From: Bacilli bacterium
GTDB lineage: Bacteria > Bacillota_I > Bacilli_A > RF39 > UBA660
Direction of reading: 5' to 3'
Assembly: GCA_017409785.1 (NCBI GenBank)
Contig: JAFQSD010000004.1
Coordinates: 48,663-112,662 of the forward strand
DNA: 64,000 nucleotides
Of the stretch, positions 27,505-37,539 are shown piece by piece; positions within the stretch are counted from its first letter, which is position 1, and every line of letters begins with the position of its first letter. The notes below the pieces were generated by a model. It saw nothing but the letters and a program-made list of their open reading frames with translations, was not told the DNA's origin and made no database searches. The translations under genes and the position numbers were made by a program.

Positions 27505-28371
27505 ATGGAAAGAAATAGACAAACAAAAATGATTACCATTATTGCATTAGTGATAGCCGTAGCAGGAATGTCTTTAGGATTTGCAGCATTTTCATCAACA
27601 TTAACTATTTCATCAAGTGCAACAGTTGCACCAGATAGTTCAAACTTTAAAGTTGGATTTTATGCCAGCACAACGTCTACTTTAGCAAGTGAAGCTCAAG
27701 ATCATGTTTATCCAAGTACAAATGGAAGTGCTAGTGCTACTTCACTATATATATCAGAAGGAACTACATCAATTTCTGGATTAAAAGCCAACTTTACCGC
27801 ACCGGGAGAATCAGTTACTTATAGTTTTTATGTTGGGAATAGTGGAGAGTATGATGCTTATTTAAGAGCAATTAACTTTAATAATGTAACTGGAGCAAGT
27901 TCAAATAAAGTTTGTACTGCTGGAACAGATGCAACTGATTCTTTAGTACAAGCTGCATGTAATGATATTTCAATTAGTGTAAATGTTCATGATATAACAG
28001 CAACATCTACAAGTTCCAGTATATCAGGTAAAGTATTATACAAAAAAACATTTGCACCAATTACAATAACTATTGAATATGCTGCAAATGGAAATAGAGC
28101 AGATGGACCATTCTCAGTATCTTTTGGAGATATTTCTATAGATTATAGTACTATTGACAATAATGTAAATACAATAACCTTTACAATTAACGATGAAATA
28201 TATTACGCCGAACAAGGAATGACTCATCTGGATTGGTTTGAAAGTTCATATAATACGTTGTATGATGATATAACAATATTGTTCTGTGATGGTGAAAATA
28301 AAATAATTAATGAAACCGATGTTCTTATAAATAACGAAGAATATTATCTTGGTGATTCATACTGCATTTAA
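27505..28371 (+). CDS. secreted protein with SipW/TasA-type signal peptide, paralog B
   Basis: MERNRQTKMITIIALVIAVAGMSLGFAAFSSTLTISSSATV, followed by a divergent beta-rich mature region. Confidence 0.7.
   Translation: MERNRQTKMITIIALVIAVAGMSLGFAAFSSTLTISSSATVAPDSSNFKVGFYASTTSTLASEAQDHVYPSTNGSASATSLYISEGTTSISGLKANFTAPGESVTYSFYVGNSGEYDAYLRAINFNNVTGASSNKVCTAGTDATDSLVQAACNDISISVNVHDITATSTSSSISGKVLYKKTFAPITITIEYAANGNRADGPFSVSFGDISIDYSTIDNNVNTITFTINDEIYYAEQGMTHLDWFESSYNTLYDDITILFCDGENKIINETDVLINNEEYYLGDSYCI
27541..27633 (+). repeat. paralogous 5' coding segment, copy B
   Basis: Matches 24968..25060. Confidence 0.8.
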
Positions 28372-28374
28372 AAT

Positions 28375-28403
28375 AAAAAGAATGCTAACTAAGCATTCTT
28401 TTT
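28375..28403. terminator. bidirectional terminator between convergent genes
   Basis: aaaaagaatgct-aacta-agcattcttttt. It overlaps the stop of the minus-strand M16 gene. Confidence 0.7.
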
Positions 28404-29639
28404 ATTTTGTATAATTGTTACTGTACTATGTGATAGATCTAAAGACTTAATAGTCTCAACAAAATCCTCATAACTAAATTCTTCTATATCACTAACTGTA
28501 TCAGGATATGGATAATTAAACTCTACTATATTACTTACAAAAGGCATAACAGTATCTACTAAATTTTCACTACGAAGTACAATCTTTAAAATAGTATCTT
28601 TTTTATCAATTTCAAATATCTCTTCATTAAAAGTATTAAGTTTCAAACAAGTATCCTTTATACGTTTTTCTAATTCTTTAGAATTATTACTATAAGATCC
28701 AATTGATATTAAAACAAAGCCATCAATCATAAAGTCACTACAAGAAAGAGTAGTAGTAATTATTTTATCTTCAACTAAACTCTTATAAAGTGGAGAAGTC
28801 ATTCCAAAACACATATCAAAGAAATAGTGTAAATAGAAATCTAATTTTAATCTTTCCTTAACAGTAAATTTACTTAGATTAACTTTATAAGTAACTTCAG
28901 TGTAATCTTCTCCAGTAGGAAACTCTAAAATATCTCTTTCTTTAATTACTTCATCTTTTTCATTAACTTGTATTAATTTCATATCACAACTTTTAATATC
29001 TAATTCATTGTAAATATTTTCTATAAGTTTTAACACTTTATCTTTATCAAAACTTCCTGCGATTACAATAAACTGATTACTAGGTTGATAAAATGCTTTA
29101 TAACAAGTCATAACATCTTCTAAAGTAGTATTAGAAACTTCTTCTAATGTTCCCCCAATACTTCTAACTTTAATATTTTCTAAACAGTTATTTAATGTCA
29201 TTTGATTAGAATGATAAAATTTATTATCCATACGTCCTTTTATTTCTTGAAGAATTGGTTTCTTAATTTTTTCTAATCTTTCTTCGTTAAATACAGGAGC
29301 ATAGATTCCTCTAATCATTGTTTCAATTCCAAATTCAACGTCTTCGATTGCTTCAAAATAATACTTGGTCATATTGTAATAAGTTGAAGCATTTGTTGCC
29401 ATTTGTTTTTCTCCAAGTAATTTTAAAAAGTTACCTCTTGCATTTTCTTCAACAATATAATGTTCTAGTATATGAGCAACACCATCTTGTATATGATATT
29501 CTTTACCATCTAATAAAAAATCTTTTGTCTTACCACCAAATAAAGTTACATGTTGAAATAAAGTAGAGTGTCTTCTTTTATCAGAGTACAAATAAATAGT
29601 TAATCCATTATCTAATTTAATAGTTTCTATATTATTCAT
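28389..29639 (-). CDS. M16 (pitrilysin/insulinase) family zinc peptidase, catalytic subunit
   Basis: Inverted zincin motif GVAHILEHYIVEE (HxxEH). I take the start at MNNIETIKLDNGLTIY (29639), which overlaps the stop of the upstream partner by 8 nt. Confidence 0.8.
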   Translation of the reverse strand: MNNIETIKLDNGLTIYLYSDKRRHSTLFQHVTLFGGKTKDFLLDGKEYHIQDGVAHILEHYIVEENARGNFLKLLGEKQMATNASTYYNMTKYYFEAIEDVEFGIETMIRGIYAPVFNEERLEKIKKPILQEIKGRMDNKFYHSNQMTLNNCLENIKVRSIGGTLEEVSNTTLEDVMTCYKAFYQPSNQFIVIAGSFDKDKVLKLIENIYNELDIKSCDMKLIQVNEKDEVIKERDILEFPTGEDYTEVTYKVNLSKFTVKERLKLDFYLHYFFDMCFGMTSPLYKSLVEDKIITTTLSCSDFMIDGFVLISIGSYSNNSKELEKRIKDTCLKLNTFNEEIFEIDKKDTILKIVLRSENLVDTVMPFVSNIVEFNYPYPDTVSDIEEFSYEDFVETIKSLDLSHSTVTIIQNKKNA

Positions 29640-30897
29640 GATCTTCCTCCTCAATAAAGTAAATTGTATCAAGTTTGAATCTTTCCACAAATTTAGAAAT
29701 ATCTTCAGCACTAACACTTAATGCTTCTTTATAACTATCTTCCATATTTTTATCAATATCTAATGTTTCTAATACAACATCATTTAATAAAGTAAATTTA
29801 TCATCTAAACTCTTAATTAATGAAACACGTCTACGTTCTTTAATGTTTTCTAAATAGTCACGAATCTTATTTGGATCTTTAATATCTTCCATAACTTCTT
29901 TAATCTTCTCAATAACAATATCTTTATTTTTCTTATTGATATAGGCAGTAACTTCAAAAACACCAAATCTTAAATAAGCAAGTGCTTTAGAAGAATAAAC
30001 TAAATCATTTTCATCTCTTAATTTTTTATTAAGCATTCTAGAAGATAGGGAAGTAAGTAGTCCTCTAACTAAACTTAACTTTGTAAAATCATCTTCACTC
30101 ATATCTTTAATCTTATAGTAGAATGAAACAGATGAATCCTTAAAGTTTTTCTTTTCTTCAACATAATTAACATCATTTTCTCCAACACTTAAGAAATGAC
30201 TATATCTTTTTTCTATTACTTCAACATTAGATAAATTTTTATAAAGATACTTATCAGCCAAAGTGTTTATTTTTTTCTCATCAACATTTCCAAAAATAAA
30301 TACTGCAGGATGATATGCATTAATAACTTCTTTATATAATTCATATAAATTTTGTGGATTAATTTCATCTAATTGATATCTATGATTCTCAATAGTCCTT
30401 GATAAAATTCCTTCATCATCAATTAATTCTAATCCTTTAACAGCTTGGTATGGTCTAAGATTCTTCATCGCATTTTCAATACTCATATCAAGATTCTTCT
30501 TTTCGCGTTCCACTTCAAATGCATCAAATCCATTATCAATAACTTTAGGGTTATAAATCATTTCTTGAAAAAACTCAAATTGTTCTTCTAAATTATCAAA
30601 CCCTAATGCTTCTGTATCAGGAATAATCATACTAAAACATAAACACATATTTGTTCCAACAGTCATCTTCGTACAACTAGTATTCAATATGTATTTCTTT
30701 TTTCTATTCTTTTGAAATTCTTCTTCAGTATGATATGTATTATTCATATACATTAATAAATTAGGTAGAATAGAAAACTTAGTTAAATTTTCTTCATCAT
30801 CATAATATGGGAATAATACTCTAACAATTATTGTCTGAAAATCTTTATTCTTAATTATTACCGGTCTTTTAGGTATCTTTAATTCCATATACTTCAC
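29632..30897 (-). CDS. M16 family peptidase-like protein, non-catalytic partner (no HxxEH)
   Basis: 421 aa with M16-like length and context. It is translationally coupled to 28389..29639 and I saw no HxxEH motif. Confidence 0.65.
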   Translation of the reverse strand: MKYMELKIPKRPVIIKNKDFQTIIVRVLFPYYDDEENLTKFSILPNLLMYMNNTYHTEEEFQKNRKKKYILNTSCTKMTVGTNMCLCFSMIIPDTEALGFDNLEEQFEFFQEMIYNPKVIDNGFDAFEVEREKKNLDMSIENAMKNLRPYQAVKGLELIDDEGILSRTIENHRYQLDEINPQNLYELYKEVINAYHPAVFIFGNVDEKKINTLADKYLYKNLSNVEVIEKRYSHFLSVGENDVNYVEEKKNFKDSSVSFYYKIKDMSEDDFTKLSLVRGLLTSLSSRMLNKKLRDENDLVYSSKALAYLRFGVFEVTAYINKKNKDIVIEKIKEVMEDIKDPNKIRDYLENIKERRRVSLIKSLDDKFTLLNDVVLETLDIDKNMEDSYKEALSVSAEDISKFVERFKLDTIYFIEEEDHE

Positions 30898-30913
30898 CTC
30901 TAATAAAATTATA

Positions 30914-30943
30914 GCAAAAAGAAAAGGACTAGTAAAAGTCCTA
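30914..30943 (-). terminator. intrinsic terminator after trkH
   Basis: On the minus strand: aggact-tttact-agtcct followed by TTTTCTTTTT. Confidence 0.55.
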
Positions 30944-32356
30944 TTTCTTTAAATCACTAAATAATACCATCATAGGAAGTATCTCTAATCTTCCAAGTAA
31001 CATTCCAATTGATAAAACAATTTTTGATAATATACTAAAGTCTGCAAAATTAGAAATATCAAAGCATAAACCAACGTTAGCAAAAGTAGTAAAAGTAGCA
31101 TTAACAGCTTGACTAAAATTAACCTTATCAAAACTTACTATAAACATTATTACTACTATAAATATTGCATACAGAAGTAAATATAAACATGTACTTCTAA
31201 CTGTATCTTCATCAACTTTCTTACCTTCAAAAGTAATTGTTCTAACACTACTAGGATGAATTGCTTTTAATAATTCACGTTTAATAGTTTTTAATAAAAT
31301 AACAAGTCTTGATATTTTAAATCCTCCACATGTACTACCAGCACAAGCACTTATTAACATCAAAACTAACATTAAAATTCTTGCTGCTGTAGGATAAACA
31401 TTTATATCTCCAACAGCAAAGCCTGTACTTGTCATAATTGAACTTACATGGAAGAATGATTCTGTGAATGCTTGACCTAAATTTTTAAACATACTCATAG
31501 TATTAATAAATATAAACAAAACTGAGAAAACAAATATCATAATATAAGCTTTCAATTCTTCACTTTTTAATGCATTCTTTACATCTTTCATTATAATCAA
31601 GAAATATATATTAAAATTAACTCCAAATAAGAACATAAATATTGCAACTACATATTTATTGAATGTAGAAAAAGTTGCCGCACTTGAATTTAATGTAGCG
31701 AATCCACCAGTACCTGCTGTAGAAAATGCAGTTAATAAACTATCAAAAAATGGTAAACCGCCAATTATTAATAGAATTATTTCTATAACAGTAAGACCGA
31801 TATAAATGCCATATAAATAGAATAATGTTTTTTTTATTCCTGGAACCAATTTTGCAACACTTGGACCAGGCATCTCTGCTTTTAATACATGCATAGACTT
31901 ATCATTATTAGCTAGAGGTATAACAGCCATAACAAAGGCTAAAACTCCCATACCACCAATAAAGTGCATAAATGAACGCCAAAACAAAATGCTTTTATCA
32001 AGAACTTCAACATCTTTAAATATTGTTGCACCTGTTGTTGTTAGCCCTGAAACAGCTTCGAATAATGCATCAATCAAACTAGAAGAATTACTAATCCATA
32101 AAGGAAGTGCACCAATAATACTAATTATTATCCAAGCTAAGGCAACTATAATAAATCCATCTTTAGCATATAATGTTTTATTATTTAATTTAATTGAATT
32201 AAGTAAACTCCCAATTCCTAAACTAATAATAGCTGGAATAAAGAAAGGAATAACGCTTTCTTTATAAATAATTGCAACTATCATTGGTAACATCATTAAT
32301 ACTGCAAATGCAATTAAATCATTAAAAATATATTTATATATTAACTTATTCTTCAT
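30941..32356 (-). CDS. trkH: TrkH/KtrB family potassium uptake membrane protein
   Basis: 471 aa and polytopic. It has repeated selectivity-filter-like segments (SGLTTTGAT, TAGTGGFAT, MTSTGFA) and lies directly downstream of trkA. Confidence 0.85.
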   Translation of the reverse strand: MKNKLIYKYIFNDLIAFAVLMMLPMIVAIIYKESVIPFFIPAIISLGIGSLLNSIKLNNKTLYAKDGFIIVALAWIIISIIGALPLWISNSSSLIDALFEAVSGLTTTGATIFKDVEVLDKSILFWRSFMHFIGGMGVLAFVMAVIPLANNDKSMHVLKAEMPGPSVAKLVPGIKKTLFYLYGIYIGLTVIEIILLIIGGLPFFDSLLTAFSTAGTGGFATLNSSAATFSTFNKYVVAIFMFLFGVNFNIYFLIIMKDVKNALKSEELKAYIMIFVFSVLFIFINTMSMFKNLGQAFTESFFHVSSIMTSTGFAVGDINVYPTAARILMLVLMLISACAGSTCGGFKISRLVILLKTIKRELLKAIHPSSVRTITFEGKKVDEDTVRSTCLYLLLYAIFIVVIMFIVSFDKVNFSQAVNATFTTFANVGLCFDISNFADFSILSKIVLSIGMLLGRLEILPMMVLFSDLKK

Positions 32357-32359
32357 AAA

Positions 32360-33712
32360 CTACCTCAAAATATCATTGATATCTCTTATCTTGTCATTTG
32401 TATCAATAACAACAATAATATCATTTTCTTTAATTTCATCATTACCAGTAGGGAATATAATATTTCTACCACGCATAATTGCAATAATTAATGCACCATC
32501 TATAAAGTCTATGTCTCTAATTCTTGTATTAAGTGCTTTAAAATCATCTTTAACATTAAATTCTAACATTTCAAATAAGTCACTATTAATTTTATAAATA
32601 GCTTCACAACTACTTCTATCACTATTTTGCATTGCTCTAATATATTTAACAATATGATGAGTAGCAATCTTATGTGGAGTAATAACAGTATCGATATGAG
32701 TCTTCTCAACAATACCATCTAAATTTATATGATTAATCTTTGTAATAATCTTAGGAACATTTTGCATAGCAGCAAACATTGAATATACAATATTTTCTTC
32801 ATCTATACTTGTAAGCGCAACAAATGCATCACAAGATTCAATTCCTTCTTCGAATAATACATTTTGATCAGACACATCACCATTTATAATTAATGCATCT
32901 GGTAATTTTTCACTTAATACCTCACATCTTTCAGGATTAATTTCAATAATCTTTACATGCATTCCCATATCAATTAAACTTTTAGCTAAATAAATTGCAG
33001 TGTTAGAACCACCACTTATAATAACTTTCTTAGTTTTTTCTTGAATTAATTCAGATGATATTAAGAATTTATTAATAGATTTATTAGTTCCACTAACAAA
33101 AATAGTATCATTAGCTTGTAACTTAGTATTACCACTAGGTACAATTACTTTTTTATCTCTTTCAATAGCACTAATAATTAAATCTTTTACTTTTTTAGAT
33201 ATACTATTAACAGTAACCTTATCTAAAGGACTATTTTCTTTTACTTTAAATGACACTAACTGAACTCTTCCTTTTAAAAATGTAGTAGCATCCATAGCAC
33301 TAGGAATACTTAAAGCTCTAGCTATTTGATTAGCAGTTAATGCCTCTGGGTTTATAAGCATTGATAAACCCAACTCATCTTTTAATAAGTTAACTGAATT
33401 TGAATATTCAGGAGTTCTAATTCTAGCAATTGTATTCTTAGCTCCTAATTTTTTACCAAGTAAACTACACATTACATTTTGTTCATCATGTTGCATAACA
33501 CTTATTAATAAATCAGCATCTTTAATTCCAGCTTCAGTTAATACATTAGCATCAAGTCCACTACCTAAAATATAATTAACATCTTCATTATTAATAACAT
33601 CCATACTAGTAGTAAAATCAGTATCAACTAATGTAACTTCATTACCATCTTTTACTAAGTTTTTAACAAGGTATTCTCCTAATTTACCAATACCAACAAT
33701 AATTATCTTCAT
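32360..33712 (-). CDS. trkA: Trk system potassium uptake protein TrkA (two RCK modules)
   Basis: MKIIIVGIGKLGEYLVKNLVKDGNEVTLVD, and a second Rossmann segment VIISGGSNTAIYLAKSLIDMGMHVKIIE. Confidence 0.9.
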   Translation of the reverse strand: MKIIIVGIGKLGEYLVKNLVKDGNEVTLVDTDFTTSMDVINNEDVNYILGSGLDANVLTEAGIKDADLLISVMQHDEQNVMCSLLGKKLGAKNTIARIRTPEYSNSVNLLKDELGLSMLINPEALTANQIARALSIPSAMDATTFLKGRVQLVSFKVKENSPLDKVTVNSISKKVKDLIISAIERDKKVIVPSGNTKLQANDTIFVSGTNKSINKFLISSELIQEKTKKVIISGGSNTAIYLAKSLIDMGMHVKIIEINPERCEVLSEKLPDALIINGDVSDQNVLFEEGIESCDAFVALTSIDEENIVYSMFAAMQNVPKIITKINHINLDGIVEKTHIDTVITPHKIATHHIVKYIRAMQNSDRSSCEAIYKINSDLFEMLEFNVKDDFKALNTRIRDIDFIDGALIIAIMRGRNIIFPTGNDEIKENDIIVVIDTNDKIRDINDILR

Positions 33713-33851
33713 TTAATATCACCATAACTAATTATAACAAACATCCAATAATTATTCATTATAAAAAATAATTGTTGTACAAGATAAATATTTTTATTGT
33801 ATAATTAATTAAAGAGTACATTTATATAAGATAACTAAGTAGGTGTAGTAA

Positions 33852-34379
33852 ATGAAAAAAATCTATATTATTTTAACTTATACAGGAACAATCCTTTCTA
33901 AAATAGTAAAGATATATACAAGAAGAGAGTATTCTCATGTATCTATATCTTTAAATGAAGATCTAACTAAAATGTATAGTTTTGGAAGATTAAATCCTTA
34001 TAATCCATTTAGTGGAGGATTTGTTCATGAAGAAATAGATAAAGGAACATTTAAAAGATTTAAGAAAACTAAAACAAAAATTTATTCATTAGAAATATCA
34101 GAAGAACAGTATGAAAAATTAGAAAGTATTATTGAACAAATGCAAGCTAAGAAAAATCTATACAAATTTAATGTTATTGGACTATTAGGAATAATGTTAA
34201 ATGTAAAAATAAAAAGAGAAAAGTATTTCTACTGTGCTGAATTTGTTAAATATGTCTTAGAACAATCACAAGTTTTAGAGTTACCAGAACTAGTAAAACC
34301 AGAAGACTTTGAAAACGTATCTGGTATATCTGAAATATATAGGGGAGTACTAAGAGAATATCGTATTGAAGATAATTAG
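33852..34379 (+). CDS. hypothetical protein, possibly YiiX/YaeF-type permuted papain-like hydrolase
   Basis: 175 aa. YSHVSISL and YFYCAEFV are arranged like the His...Cys order of permuted NlpC/P60-type enzymes. The assignment is weak. Confidence 0.35.
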   Translation: MKKIYIILTYTGTILSKIVKIYTRREYSHVSISLNEDLTKMYSFGRLNPYNPFSGGFVHEEIDKGTFKRFKKTKTKIYSLEISEEQYEKLESIIEQMQAKKNLYKFNVIGLLGIMLNVKIKREKYFYCAEFVKYVLEQSQVLELPELVKPEDFENVSGISEIYRGVLREYRIEDN

Positions 34380-34408
34380 AAGATATATAACATATCTTCT
34401 TTTTTTTA
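34378..34408 (+). terminator. intrinsic terminator
   Basis: agaagatat-ataac-atatcttct followed by T7. Confidence 0.7.
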
Positions 34409-34460
34409 CCTAGATTTGTTATAATAAAATATAGATATATCATTAATAGGAGGATTTATT

Positions 34461-35003
34461 ATGAATGAAAATTACATAATACTACATGGTAGTTTTGGTT
34501 CAGCAACAGGAAATTGGTTTCCCTGGCTAAAAGAGCAACTAGAACTTAAAGGAAAATCAGTTGTTGTACCACAAATGCCAGTAGGAGTAGGAATTCAAAA
34601 TTATGATAACTGGGCAAATGAATTTTCTAAGTTAACAATTAATGAAAATACAACAATTATTGCTCACAGTATTGCACCAATATTTGTCTGTAAATATTTA
34701 ATTTTAAATAAAGTAAAAGTAAAAAAATTAATTTTTGTCTGTGGATTTAATAATTACTTAGGAATAGATAAAGACTTTGATTCAGTAAATGAACCAATGT
34801 ACATTACTAATTATCAAGATATAAAAAATTACTGTAATAATATAGTTTGTTATTATTCGGATAATGATCCATATGTAAAGTTTGAAGTAGAAAAAGAATT
34901 TGCTGATGCAATTGCTAACCAGCAATATGTCATAGCAAACGCTGGTCATATCAATGCAGAAACAGGCTATACAGAGTTTACAGAAATATTAAATGAATTA
35001 TAG
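34461..35003 (+). CDS. small alpha/beta serine hydrolase (YdeN/RBBP9-like)
   Basis: YIILHGSFGSATGNWFPWLKEQLE, the nucleophile elbow AHSIA, and a late NAGH. Confidence 0.6.
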   Translation: MNENYIILHGSFGSATGNWFPWLKEQLELKGKSVVVPQMPVGVGIQNYDNWANEFSKLTINENTTIIAHSIAPIFVCKYLILNKVKVKKLIFVCGFNNYLGIDKDFDSVNEPMYITNYQDIKNYCNNIVCYYSDNDPYVKFEVEKEFADAIANQQYVIANAGHINAETGYTEFTEILNEL

Positions 35004-35012
35004 GAGAAACAT

Positions 35013-36035
35013 ATGTTAATTAAAGTTTTAATATTAGTTTTATTGATAGGAATAAATGGAATATTTTCAGCTACAGAAATAGCCTTCTTATCATTAAATA
35101 AATATAAATTAAATAAAGAGGTAAAAAAAGAAAATAAGAAAGCCAAGAAAATAGTAAGTCTACTAAATGACTCATCAACATTCTTATCAGCTATTCAAGT
35201 AGCTATAACTTTATCAGGCTTTCTAGCTAGTGCTTTTGCTGCAGATAGCTTTGCTAGTGAAATAGCAAGTTATATGGAAGTATCATTTATCTCAGAAGCA
35301 GCCCTAACAAATATTTTAATTGTTGTAATTACAATTATTCTTTCATACTTTACTTTAGTATTTGGAGAATTAGTACCTAAAAAGATTGGTTTAGCTAATC
35401 CAGAAAAAATATCATATGCTATGGTAGGTGTAATTTGTTTTGTAATAACATTCTTTAAACCATTCATCTTAATTTTAAAGGCATCAACTAATTTAATTGA
35501 AAAATTACTAAAAATTAAACCTCAAAAAGAAGAAGTAGAAGATGAATTAAAAGATACAATAGTTGATTCTAACTTAGAAGAACTTGAAAAGAAAATGTTA
35601 TTAAAAGTATTTGAGTTTAATGATGTAACTATTAAAGATGTAATGACTAAAAAAGAAAAAGTTGTTTACATCGATGTAAATGATTCAAAAGAAACTGTTG
35701 CTAATAAAGTACGTAAATCTAAATTCACAAGATTCCCTGTTATTAAAGGTGAAAAAGTTCTAGGAATCATCAACATCAAAGATGTAATTTTAGATTCTGA
35801 TCGAGAAAAAGAATATAGTGTTTATAGATACTTAAGAAAAGTAGAAAAATTAGATGCAAAAACTATTATTGATGATGCATTCTTATTATTAAATGGAAAC
35901 TATGAAGCCATGGCTATTGTAAAAGAAAATGGTGAATATATTGGAATTGTTACTGTAGAAGATATACTAGAACACATAGTTGGAAATGTATTTGATGAAT
36001 ATGATATGCAAGAAGAAGTAAAAAAGGATAACTAA
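35013..36035 (+). CDS. CNNM/hemolysin-family membrane protein (DUF21 plus CBS pair, no CorC_HlyC tail)
   Basis: N-terminus INGIFSATEIAFLSLNK and GELVPKKIG, followed by two CBS-like repeats. Confidence 0.75.
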   Translation: MLIKVLILVLLIGINGIFSATEIAFLSLNKYKLNKEVKKENKKAKKIVSLLNDSSTFLSAIQVAITLSGFLASAFAADSFASEIASYMEVSFISEAALTNILIVVITIILSYFTLVFGELVPKKIGLANPEKISYAMVGVICFVITFFKPFILILKASTNLIEKLLKIKPQKEEVEDELKDTIVDSNLEELEKKMLLKVFEFNDVTIKDVMTKKEKVVYIDVNDSKETVANKVRKSKFTRFPVIKGEKVLGIINIKDVILDSDREKEYSVYRYLRKVEKLDAKTIIDDAFLLLNGNYEAMAIVKENGEYIGIVTVEDILEHIVGNVFDEYDMQEEVKKDN

Positions 36036-36505
36036 TGGATATCTTTGAATTATTAAACGAATTAAATATCAACTATGAAGTAATATCACATCAAGCAGTA
36101 TCTACAGTAGAAGAAGCAAAGCATCTAGAAAATATGATTGAAGGAATAGGTTGTAAAAACTTATTTCTTACAGATAAAAAAGGAAAGTATTTCTTATTTA
36201 CACTTTATGAAGATAAGAAAGCAAATCTAAAGGAACTAGCAAAACAACTAAATGTTTCTAAATTATCATTTGCTAGTTTCGAAGATTTAAAAGAAATTTT
36301 AAATCTAGAACCAGGGAGTGTAACTCCCTTAAGTATCATTAATGATAAAGATAATAAAGTTACATTAGTAATTGATGAAGACATTATTACAGAAAAAATA
36401 TTAGTACATCCAAATACTAATACTAAGACAATGTCTATTAATTTTAAAGATATAGAAAAAATCTTTAACTATACAAACCATAAATACATTATATATAAGG
36501 ACTGA
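36035..36505 (+). CDS. YbaK/ProX-type aminoacyl-tRNA trans-editing domain protein
   Basis: ELNINYEVISHQAVSTVEEA, CKNLFLTDKKGKYFL, LNLEPGSVTPLSIIND. Confidence 0.75.
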   Translation: MDIFELLNELNINYEVISHQAVSTVEEAKHLENMIEGIGCKNLFLTDKKGKYFLFTLYEDKKANLKELAKQLNVSKLSFASFEDLKEILNLEPGSVTPLSIINDKDNKVTLVIDEDIITEKILVHPNTNTKTMSINFKDIEKIFNYTNHKYIIYKD

Positions 36506-36509
36506 TTAT

Positions 36510-36821
36510 ATGGACTTAAAAGATCAATTTAAATATTTAGTTGGTGGTTATTATGGCATAACATTTATGGATGATTATCCATTAAAAGTTTATGTTTTAA
36601 AGGATATCGAAAACTACATTAAAGATTTTATTGAAATAAACCCAATTGATAATTTTAATTACAAAGAAGAAGCAAAAAAGTATGAAGAAGAATTAACAGA
36701 AATAACTAAGTTACAAGATGCATTATTAGTTCTAAATAAGATAAATGCTTCAATGGAACTAGTCTTACTTGTAAAAAAACGTCTAAAAAAATTAAATCAA
36801 CAAAAAAATAATCTTTTATAG
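36510..36821 (+). CDS. hypothetical protein
   Basis: 103 aa with no recognisable motif. It is tightly packed between neighbours. Confidence 0.4.
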   Translation: MDLKDQFKYLVGGYYGITFMDDYPLKVYVLKDIENYIKDFIEINPIDNFNYKEEAKKYEEELTEITKLQDALLVLNKINASMELVLLVKKRLKKLNQQKNNLL

Positions 36822-36870
36822 ATAATAAATATGTGTTAGAATTAAAATGAATAGAATAGGGAGTGATTAT

Positions 36871-37539
36871 ATGACTGAAAATAAATATATATGTTCAAAT
36901 CGTTCAAAAGATTACAAGAAACACATTGAAAAGATAATTCAAGAGTCAAAAAAAGAAATTCTAGATTTTTTTGAAGTTAAAGATGATGGAAGATTTAACT
37001 ATACAATTTATGTATATGATACAATTGAAGCACTAAAAAATGGACTACATGCTAGAGGATTTAAAGATGATCCTGAATATATGTGTGCTTGTTTTAAAGA
37101 TGAAGATAAATCTTTAAATTTTTATGAGCCGGTAGAAGAAGAATCAGAAAATGAATGGACAAAAGAAGAATATGACTTAGTAATATTCCATGAATTAATT
37201 CATGCTGTTGAACACACAATTTATGGTGAACAACCAGAATGGTTAAGTGAGGGAATAGCTAAATACCTAGATGGAACATACTCACAAGGTATTAAGTTCT
37301 TATTACAAAATTATATTAATAATCTTCCAATCCCAGAAATGCGTGAGTTAGAAGAAGAATTTGGCTTCCATGATTATGATAGTTATGACTACGCATACAT
37401 CATGGTAAGTTATTTAATAGAAACTATGGGTAAAAAACGTTTCCTAAAATTCCTACACAATGCTCATGAGGTAACAGAATTAAGTAAAAATCTTCTTGAA
37501 AAATCAATAAAGTATTATGAGGAGTACTTTGCTGAATAA
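36871..37539 (+). CDS. putative soluble zinc metallopeptidase (HExxH)
   Basis: VIFHELIHAVEH. Start taken at MTENKY with RBS gggag. The stop overlaps the next start (TAATG). Confidence 0.5.
   Translation: MTENKYICSNRSKDYKKHIEKIIQESKKEILDFFEVKDDGRFNYTIYVYDTIEALKNGLHARGFKDDPEYMCACFKDEDKSLNFYEPVEEESENEWTKEEYDLVIFHELIHAVEHTIYGEQPEWLSEGIAKYLDGTYSQGIKFLLQNYINNLPIPEMRELEEEFGFHDYDSYDYAYIMVSYLIETMGKKRFLKFLHNAHEVTELSKNLLEKSIKYYEEYFAE

Noticed and set aside
28389-30897. M16 peptidase pair as an AlbE/AlbF-like RiPP maturation protease.
   Set aside because: No precursor peptide, radical SAM/SPASM enzyme or dedicated exporter is adjacent. The neighbours are trkAH and a secreted paralog. Catalytic plus non-catalytic M16 pairs (YmfF/YmfH-like) are common housekeeping operons in Bacillota.
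33713-33851. Possible c-di-AMP (ydaO/kimA-type) riboswitch upstream of the trkA-trkH operon.
   Set aside because: The minus-strand leader is only about 20 nt between an extended -10 (TTGTTATAAT) and the RBS. There is no room for a riboswitch and I saw no conserved motifs.
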